The notes under the pieces: generated by a model
Told to the model about the DNA's origin: nothing
Databases searched by the model: none
What the model saw: the letters and a program-made list of their open reading frames with translations, nothing else
NCBI GenBank assembly: GCA_027008775.1
Contig: JALVDV010000004.1
Coordinates: 24,544 to 88,543 of the forward strand
Source of the DNA: Candidatus Moraniibacteriota bacterium
GTDB lineage: Bacteria > Patescibacteriota > Minisyncoccia > Moranbacterales > DUUL01
Length of the DNA: 64,000 bases
Direction: 5' to 3'
Position numbers and translations under genes: made by a program
In this document: positions 47,124 to 54,210 of the stretch, in pieces
Layout of the letters: each line of letters begins with the position of its first letter
Position numbering within the stretch: position 1 is the first letter of the stretch

Positions 47124-48332
47124 TTAAAGCGTTGTTTCTTTCCATGTCTTGGAATCACATTTGTTGATGGTACACGAATTACTGCAAGTTGCAGGGCATT
47201 GTCCATTGTTTCCACCGTTATCACATTCTTCGCTTCCCTCTTTAATACCGTCACCACAAACAGGAACGATGACAACTCTTACATCACTGTTTGCACTGAG
47301 TCCGGAATAGCTTCCAGCAACATTAGTTCTGCCGGCGTTGACGCCTGTAACAAGACCTTTGTTGGTTGTATTATTGACTGATGCAATACTTGTATTGGCA
47401 CTGCTCCAGTTTGTGCTAGTTGTTACATCAGTAGCGCCCGCGTGATTATTGCAATCTATACTTCTACCGACAGCGTAGTAGGCACGGAGTTGTTTGGTGC
47501 CTCTCTTATTTACCAGGAGTTGACTGGGGCAGACGATTAAAACAGGTCTGGGGGAAGTGACTGTCGCACTACTGGTTGCGTTGAGACCAGAGTAGCTTCC
47601 GGTTATATTGGTTCCACCAACATTAACTCCTGTAACAAGACCTTTGTTGGTTGTATTATTGACTGATGCAATACTTGTATTGGCACTGCTCCAGTTTGTG
47701 CTAGTTGTTACATCAGTAGCGCTCGCGTGATTATTGCAATCTATACTTCTACCGACAGCGTAGTAGGCGCGAAGTTGTTGGGTGCGTCCTTTTTCTACAG
47801 AGAACAGATTAGGGCAGACAATCAAGGTGCTGGCTGGGATTCTGGCGTTAAAACTGATCCAGCCTAGCTCATTAGACCAAGCATAACCATTTATTTGACC
47901 AGAGGAGGGATTAACAATTACTCTGTGATTGGCCCCGCTCATTTTAATCCAGCCTTGCCAACCGCCGGAGTTTCCTCTAGCACTTTCTTGAGCTATGCCT
48001 ACAATCCTGGCCCAGCCGATCAAATTATTACCAACTCGTCTAACGCTGCTGTTGGGCCCCTCTGGATAAGGTCCACTGGGGTTGAAATTGATCCACCCAA
48101 TATTGCTACTCCAAGCATAACCTGTAACGTTACCGTCGCCGTTGGGAACATTGATTCCATAATTAACACTTCCTCCCCCGGTGAGATTATTGGTGCTAAT
48201 CCATCCAAGGTTGGTATTGCTTCCTCCCCATAGCCAACCAGTAACATTTTCGTTGTTACCAGCTTTCGCTTGAATGTTTGTGGCCAAAAAAGCGATGGCT
48301 ATGAAGAGTGCAACCAGTATTTTTTTGAGCAT
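47124..48332 (-). CDS. Secreted surface protein: GYAW-repeat N-terminal domain, two Big_2 Ig-like domains, Cys-rich tail
   Basis: GYAWSSNIGWI repeats; DVTTSTNWSSANTSIASV..GLVTGV twice; CGDGIKEGSEECDNG. Confidence 0.82.
   Translation of the reverse strand: MLKKILVALFIAIAFLATNIQAKAGNNENVTGWLWGGSNTNLGWISTNNLTGGGSVNYGINVPNGDGNVTGYAWSSNIGWINFNPSGPYPEGPNSSVRRVGNNLIGWARIVGIAQESARGNSGGWQGWIKMSGANHRVIVNPSSGQINGYAWSNELGWISFNARIPASTLIVCPNLFSVEKGRTQQLRAYYAVGRSIDCNNHASATDVTTSTNWSSANTSIASVNNTTNKGLVTGVNVGGTNITGSYSGLNATSSATVTSPRPVLIVCPSQLLVNKRGTKQLRAYYAVGRSIDCNNHAGATDVTTSTNWSSANTSIASVNNTTNKGLVTGVNAGRTNVAGSYSGLSANSDVRVVIVPVCGDGIKEGSEECDNGGNNGQCPATCSNSCTINKCDSKTWKETTL
47344..47768. repeat. 140-bp direct repeat inside the Ig-domain gene
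   Basis: 47344-47483 versus 47629-47768; one mismatch; offset 285 bp. Confidence 0.9.
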
Positions 48333-48535
48333 ATTGTTTTTATTTTCTTTTTTTAAAGACTGTTAATCTCTTTCGCTTCATCTTTATTCTAGGGTATTTG
48401 TTTTTAAAAGTCAACCCTGCGCAACTTGACTTTTTTGGTAAAATGTGTTATTATGCGGAGTTGATTTGTTCTTTGAAAATTAAATAAAAAATATTAGGCC
48501 TATTTCCTGTGGGAATGGGCGAAGGAGGAAAAAAG

Positions 48536-49489
48536 ATGAAAAAATTTTCTATTTTTGTCATTATCATTATTTTTATTTTTATTTTTGGTAGGAGTACGCA
48601 GGCTACTACATGCCTGCAGGACGTCCCGTACAAAAATCAGGCTTGGGTTAAGCCTGATTTTTCAGAAAAGAAGTTCTTGGGGGTTGATATTTATTTGCCC
48701 CCCAATTTTTCGTTTTTTTCTGATGACCACTATCCTGTGGTCATTTACCTCCACTCCGGTGGAGGTTTCATGGGTAGCAAGGAGCTACCCAACTTCCCCG
48801 CCGAGAAAAAGGCGGTGGAATACTTGGCAGAGACGGGGCACGTAGTGTTGTGCCCTGATTATTCCCTGAATTTGAAAGCGGGTAAAACCGCTTTTGACGC
48901 TATCCAGGATATCAGGGATTTAATTTCCTGGATGGTAACTCGGCCGCTGGCGATGTTTGCCAGTCCGGCTGAAAATTTCCATATGGATACCTCTCGCGTG
49001 TCCATGGTAGGTACGTCCTATGGGGCGTACCTTGCCTTGATGATTACCCGGGAGGAGACCGCTGTGCCAATCACACGATTGGTGTTAAACAGCGGTATAT
49101 ACGACCTGAGGCAATTTTTTCCGGAAGAGACAGCCTTTCCGGGTGAGACTGCCATCATGATAGCTAATATTGTTGGCTATCATGGTCCAGATTACTGGAC
49201 ACAGGTCAAAAAAGAGGGGACCATTTTTGTTCCAGAGGAGGAGAGTTTAGCTCTCCAAAACTGGGACAGCCCTCTCTTCATGAAGAAGAGGGGGGAATTT
49301 TCCCTTGAATTTTCTGGGACGACGGTGAAGACCGTCGTTATTATTCACGGAGAGGATGATGAAGTGATCCCCTTCTCTCAAGCGTTACTGGGAGTAGAGG
49401 GACTGAATGCCACCCTCGTTTCCTTTGAGGGTGGGCATGGACTAAACTTCCCGGTCTTCCGGGAAGTTTGGGAAGCAGCACTTTTTTAA
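48536..49489 (+). CDS. Secreted alpha/beta hydrolase (esterase/lipase)
   Basis: Signal peptide; HSGGG oxyanion region; GTSYG nucleophile; IIHGEDDEVIP; GGH. Has its own promoter, AAGGAGG and terminator (49497-49521). Confidence 0.85.
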   Translation: MKKFSIFVIIIIFIFIFGRSTQATTCLQDVPYKNQAWVKPDFSEKKFLGVDIYLPPNFSFFSDDHYPVVIYLHSGGGFMGSKELPNFPAEKKAVEYLAETGHVVLCPDYSLNLKAGKTAFDAIQDIRDLISWMVTRPLAMFASPAENFHMDTSRVSMVGTSYGAYLALMITREETAVPITRLVLNSGIYDLRQFFPEETAFPGETAIMIANIVGYHGPDYWTQVKKEGTIFVPEEESLALQNWDSPLFMKKRGEFSLEFSGTTVKTVVIIHGEDDEVIPFSQALLGVEGLNATLVSFEGGHGLNFPVFREVWEAALF

Positions 49490-49563
49490 AAGAGCAAGCC
49501 TGCCCCTGTGGCAGGCTTTTTAAATACAAGAAGTAAGTATTGATAAGATAATTAATAGAGAAA

Positions 49564-49989
49564 TCACTGCCTTATTTTTTTTATTTTTTTGTTGATTGCT
49601 GAGTGATTGGTATTTTGTTTAATGAATTTTTGCCAAAAAAATACTAAAAAGCCGACAGTGATGAAAATATCGGCCAAGTTAAAAGTTGGAAATTTTCCCA
49701 AGGAAATAAAATCAACGACGCAACGGTGTTGCAAGCGATCTAGGAGATTGCCGAAAGCGCCACTCAGGATAAAAAGCAGGGAATAGGGAAGGCGGGATTT
49801 GTAGGTGTAATAGATTAAGAATATTAAGGAGAAAATGACAACTAGCCAAAGAATGTTTTGATTAAGATTGATTCCCCAAGAGATCCCGGGGTTACAAATT
49901 TTTTTTAAAGTGAAGCATTTGGAAAATTGATCAAGAGATACCAAGAGTATTGTAAAGAGAGCTTTCTTGATTAATTCTTTTTGACTCAT
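49564..49989 (-). CDS. lspA: Lipoprotein signal peptidase II
   Basis: LDQFSK, NPGISWG, GAFGNLLDR, VVDFI, FNLADIFI. Confidence 0.9.
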   Translation of the reverse strand: MSQKELIKKALFTILLVSLDQFSKCFTLKKICNPGISWGINLNQNILWLVVIFSLIFLIYYTYKSRLPYSLLFILSGAFGNLLDRLQHRCVVDFISLGKFPTFNLADIFITVGFLVFFWQKFIKQNTNHSAINKKIKKIRQ

Positions 49990-50022
49990 TGTATTGGTGA
50001 GATGGTGAGAGAAACAGTTCTT

Positions 50023-50388
50023 TTAAAGAGCGTTCTCTCTGTGGGCGCAAGCGGAACAAGTTCTGGCTTCGGGAAAAGCCAATAGTCTTTCTTGAGAAAT
50101 TTCCTTGCCGCAAATTTCACAGCGACCGTAGGTGCCGTCAGCAATTTTTTGCAAAGCTGCTTCCACATTTTTCAAATCTTTAACCAAAACCTCAACAACA
50201 CTGCTTTCGTTAAGCCAATCTTCAACTTCATTGGCATTGGTTTCCGGATCTCTTTCTTCGTCAATATATTTGGCTTCCCAGGTTCCGTCTTCGTTTTTTC
50301 TGGCAACCTTGGTTAGCTTTTGTTCCAGTTTTTCTTTTTTTATTTCCAGTTCTTTTTTGATTTTTTCTAAAGTTTTTTTGTCTAACAT
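50023..50388 (-). CDS. TraR/DksA C4 zinc-finger protein
   Basis: AALQKIADGTYGRCEICG..ISQERLLAFPEARTCSAC. Confidence 0.9.
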   Translation of the reverse strand: MLDKKTLEKIKKELEIKKEKLEQKLTKVARKNEDGTWEAKYIDEERDPETNANEVEDWLNESSVVEVLVKDLKNVEAALQKIADGTYGRCEICGKEISQERLLAFPEARTCSACAHRENAL

Positions 50389-50829
50389 GTTTTTTGATTG
50401 GTTAGATTTATTAGTTAGAGCTTTTTTGTCTTTTTGTGGGATTTTATTTGTTGTTTAAATGAAATATGAATCAAACCAAGCTTAACATTGATTACTTGTT
50501 TTGTAAATAAAAATTAATTAGGGGAAAGGAGCAGTTGGCAAATATCAATATAAAAACGGTGGAAATTTTTTCGCAAGCAACAGGTTGTAAATTGTAAAAA
50601 TAAGTTATATGTTTTGAGTGGGTTGAAAACTATTGGCTAACCTAAATTAAAGAGAAGCCTGGAGAATTGACTTTTTGTCGGGTGAGGCTATAATTTTGAC
50701 AAAGGGTGGGGTATGAAGAAGTGGGATTGGTAATGTTGGAATGTTTTTTGGCGGATTGTGATTGTTTGTAATTAGTCTGTTAAAATTGTGATTGACATTT
50801 TTATTAATTAATGCTAGTATTTTGTTGTT

Positions 50830-51120
50830 ATGATAAACGGTTTAGGGACCAAAACAAGTTGTCCGGTTTGCAAGAAACAGAGAAATTTGCAAATGGACAG
50901 GGTTGTTTCCGATAGGGGTGGCGCTTTTGTTGTTTACAACAGATGTCCTCATTGCCAGAGCGCTTTTTTGGCAACTATTTCTGAAAGTAGAGAAAGAGGA
51001 CTTTTGGTGGTAGAGACTTTGACAGATTTGAGTTACCAAGAAGCTTTAGCAGTTCTGGGAAAAAGACCTTTGGTGGCCGATGCCCTTTTGGAGATTTACG
51101 AAACTTTGTATAAAAGTTAG
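50830..51120 (+). CDS. Small zinc-ribbon hypothetical protein
   Basis: CPVC and CPHC pairs; upstream of rplY. Confidence 0.65.
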   Translation: MINGLGTKTSCPVCKKQRNLQMDRVVSDRGGAFVVYNRCPHCQSAFLATISESRERGLLVVETLTDLSYQEALAVLGKRPLVADALLEIYETLYKS

Positions 51121-51194
51121 ATTTAAAAGTTTATTTAATTCAGGAGGAAATTTGGTTGAAATTGTTTTGGCCGAATTTCGCAAGCAGAGAGATT

Positions 51195-51884
51195 ATGACA
51201 AAAGAAGTTTTAAAAGCAGAAAAAAGAGAGAAAAAAGAGAAAAGGGAGGGATCTATTCCAGCTATTCTTTATGGCAAAGGAGTGGAAAATCAAATGCTTT
51301 GGTTAAATGAGAAAGAGTTTGGGAAAGTTTTTGCTGAGACAGGAGAGAGCACTTTGCTGGATTTGGAGATTGCCGGAGAGAAAAATAAACGAGCTGTTTT
51401 GATTCATGATTTTCAAAGACATCCATTAACGGAGAAATATATCCACGTTGATTTGTTCCAAGTTGATATGAAAGAGAAGATTGAAACGGAAATTGAGCTT
51501 GTCTTTACCGGGGTGGCGCCGGCTGTTAAGGAATTGGGGGGAACTTTGGTGGAGAATATAGACAAGTTGCCGGTCAGGTGTTTACCGGGTGATTTGGTCT
51601 CCAGTATTGAAGTTAATGTTTCAGCATTGAAAACTTTTGAAGATCATATTTATGTTAAGGACTTGAATATTCCGGAAGGAATGGAGGTTTTGGTGGAAGA
51701 TGATTTAGTGGTGGCTTTGGTTACTCCACCGCGAACGGCGGCGGAAATGGAGGCGCTAAATGAAGAACCGGAAGCCGATATTTCTCAAGTAGAGGGAATG
51801 GAAGAAGAGGCGGAGAAGGAAGAGTCTTCGGAGACGGGTGGAGAGAAGTCTTCCGGAGAAGAGAAGCAGGAAGAAAGCAAGTAG
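51195..51884 (+). CDS. rplY: 50S ribosomal protein L25 (Ctc form)
   Basis: IPAILYGKG, QRHPLT..IHVDL, G.APAVKELGG; acidic tail. TTG at 51156 is an alternative start. Confidence 0.93.
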   Translation: MTKEVLKAEKREKKEKREGSIPAILYGKGVENQMLWLNEKEFGKVFAETGESTLLDLEIAGEKNKRAVLIHDFQRHPLTEKYIHVDLFQVDMKEKIETEIELVFTGVAPAVKELGGTLVENIDKLPVRCLPGDLVSSIEVNVSALKTFEDHIYVKDLNIPEGMEVLVEDDLVVALVTPPRTAAEMEALNEEPEADISQVEGMEEEAEKEESSETGGEKSSGEEKQEESK

Positions 51885-51958
51885 TTTATTGAGGCCTGAA
51901 GGGTTGAGGTGTTTGCTGTTTATTTGTTTTGCCGACCGGATAATTTGCTTCTAGTTAA

Positions 51959-53239
51959 ATGAAACAAAAAAAGAAAACAAAATTAAATTATTATTTCTTT
52001 GAGTCAGAGAGCGGAAAAAGGATGGTTTTAGTCCTGCTTCTGCTTTTTGTTTTTTTATTGCCCCTGTTCCAAGCGCGAGCCGGTGATGACAGTGAGGATA
52101 AAATTGATGACACAAAGAGCGCTATAAAAAAATTGGAGAAAAAAAAGAAGAAAAAGGAAGCCATTAAACAAAAATATGTGCAAGAGGCCAAGGCGGTGCG
52201 CAGTCACATTAACAGATTGTCGGTAAGTATCTACAGTTTAAATAAACAGGTAAGTAGATTAGAGGAGGAGTTGAATCAGTGTCAGGAAAATATAAATAGA
52301 ACCGAGGCTGAGATTCAAAAGAAGAAACAAAGACTGGCCGGGCTTTTGCGAGAGTTGTCTGCCTATCAAAAAGAGATGAGCTTAATTGTGTTGGATAAAA
52401 GAAAGGGGTTGAATACCTACATTAGATTGCGCCGGGAAGTGGAGAGATTGCAAAGTGAACTTATAGACAGTTTAAATGAATTGAAAGCAGAAAAAGAGGA
52501 TTTGCAAAGAGAAAAAGAAAATAAAGAGGCTCTAAAGGAGCAGTTGTTGGAGAAGAAAAGTAGTTTGGAAGGAGAAAAGCGTCAGAAAACTTTGGTTTTA
52601 CAGTCGGCCAATCAAAAAATTGCCGATCAAGATAAAGAAATAAAGGCAATTGAAAGAAAAATAAATCATTTGCGGGCCACCTTGTCCAGTTTTTTGGGAA
52701 AATCTTTTGATGCCAAGGATATTGTGGAAGCGGTGCGTTTTGCCAGCAAGAAGACGGGTGTCAGGAAAGAATTTCTAATGGCCATGTTGGATAAAGAAAG
52801 CGATTTGGGCAGATTTACCGGGGGTTGTACTTACAAGAATACGAAAATGAAATCGTCGGAGAAGGATCTTTTTAAAAAGATCTGTAAAGAACTGGGTTAT
52901 AACTACAAAAAAAAGAAAATCTCTTGCGCTTTGAGTTATGGCTACGGCGGAGCAATGGGAGTGGCCCAATTTATGCCTTCAACCTGGATGGGTTATAAAT
53001 CAATCATTGCTCGCCACACCGGGCATAATCCACCGGATCCTTGGGATTTGACGGACGGAGTGATGGCTATGGCGGAAAAATTAAAGAGGGCAGGCGCAGA
53101 CAGAAAAAAAGGTGAGCATTATGCGGCTAAAATTTATTATTGTGGATCGCCGCGTAGCAAATATTGGAATACCCACTGTGAAGCTTATGCCGATACGGTG
53201 GTTAGTTGGGCCAAGGGTGGATACGATGAGTATTTCTAG
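51959..53239 (+). CDS. Coiled-coil protein with C-terminal lytic transglycosylase domain
   Basis: Signal/TM; long coiled coil; MLDKES catalytic Glu; GGAMGVAQFMPSTW; DPWD. Confidence 0.85.
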   Translation: MKQKKKTKLNYYFFESESGKRMVLVLLLLFVFLLPLFQARAGDDSEDKIDDTKSAIKKLEKKKKKKEAIKQKYVQEAKAVRSHINRLSVSIYSLNKQVSRLEEELNQCQENINRTEAEIQKKKQRLAGLLRELSAYQKEMSLIVLDKRKGLNTYIRLRREVERLQSELIDSLNELKAEKEDLQREKENKEALKEQLLEKKSSLEGEKRQKTLVLQSANQKIADQDKEIKAIERKINHLRATLSSFLGKSFDAKDIVEAVRFASKKTGVRKEFLMAMLDKESDLGRFTGGCTYKNTKMKSSEKDLFKKICKELGYNYKKKKISCALSYGYGGAMGVAQFMPSTWMGYKSIIARHTGHNPPDPWDLTDGVMAMAEKLKRAGADRKKGEHYAAKIYYCGSPRSKYWNTHCEAYADTVVSWAKGGYDEYF

Positions 53240-53268
53240 AAATTTTAGGGGATAAGTTTTTCCACTAC

Positions 53269-53298
53269 AAAACTCCGCTAAATTGTGGCGGAGTTTTT
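53269..53298. terminator. Bidirectional terminator
   Basis: AAAACTCCGCTA-aattg-TGGCGGAGTTTT. Confidence 0.7.
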
Positions 53299-53361
53299 AA
53301 AATGAAGATTTTTTCTTTGTGGATGGTTGGCTGGCGTTTTAGATATTTCAGGCTGTTTGTA

Positions 53362-53823
53362 CTAGCCGAATATTTTTAAAAAGGTGGCAGTTAAAATAGC
53401 GCCATAAATCAAGCCGACGATTACTTCCGATTTGTGGTGACCAATTCTTTCTTTGAGCCGAGGAAAATCTTTTTTTTCCAACTTAGTTTCCTCTACCAAA
53501 TTCTTGACCAACATATTGAGATAGCGTCCCTGATCGCCTAAGTACATCCGTAAACGAAGGGCGTCATCTAAAATTAAAAAACCTAAAGCGGTGGCCACTA
53601 CAAAGGAACCGCTGTTTACACCGTCAACGTAGATGGTGGTCATTAAAACGGAGATAGCGAAAGCGCTGTGGGCGGAGGGCATATGACCATGAGTGAGAAG
53701 ATAGTTCCATTTAATTCCGTGTTTGAAAGAAAAGAGAACGAATTTTGTTAGCTGGGTAATGACGCCAACAAAAATAGGGATGAAGACCACCGGGGAGAGG
53801 GAGTGAAGGGGTAAAATTGTCAT
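53362..53823 (-). CDS. Divergent PAP2 (DUF212) family protein
   Basis: GHMPSAHSA, DALRLR, LKERIGH..EV. Confidence 0.88.
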   Translation of the reverse strand: MTILPLHSLSPVVFIPIFVGVITQLTKFVLFSFKHGIKWNYLLTHGHMPSAHSAFAISVLMTTIYVDGVNSGSFVVATALGFLILDDALRLRMYLGDQGRYLNMLVKNLVEETKLEKKDFPRLKERIGHHKSEVIVGLIYGAILTATFLKIFG

Positions 53824-54026
53824 TTTTTTATGAAAAAATTGTTAGAAGATCAATGTTTGTTTTGCTTGGAGGTGTGTTGGAAAAAGTATTGATTGACGGG
53901 GGATGATTTTGAAGGATTTTTCTATTCTGATTATCCTACATTTGGGCTATTCTGGCAATAGACGGTTCCCCAGACGGTTTCCCACTTAGCCAAGGCTTCG
54001 GGGGGCAGGGACAGTTCACGGTTTGC

Positions 54027-54075
54027 TGCTCACTGCTCACTGCTCACTGCTCACTGCTCACTGTTCATTGTTCAC
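54027..54075. repeat. Heptamer tandem repeat (TGCTCAC)5 plus two degenerate units
   Basis: TGCTCAC five times, then TGTTCAT and TGTTCAC. Confidence 0.92.
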
Positions 54076-54210
54076 TGTCATTATTATTTGGCAATAATTT
54101 CAAAGTGGTATATAATATCCTCAGCCTGTTTTTGGGCGGTGTGGTTTGTGGTTTTTGTTGATTGCGAATCTTAACTGTAGAATAAAATAATTAAGTTATG
54201 TAAAGAAAAA

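Noticed and set aside
47344-47768. Repeat pair as a DGR template/variable region
   Set aside because: Both copies are coding in one gene, there is only one mismatch, and no reverse transcriptase is in the window.
50700-50745. GTGGG repeats as MraZ boxes
   Set aside because: Spacing is irregular and no mraZ or dcw genes are adjacent.
50830-51120. Trm112-like partner for the Trm9-like enzyme
   Set aside because: It has CxxC pairs but lacks the YPIxxGIP-type motif and lies 20 kb away.
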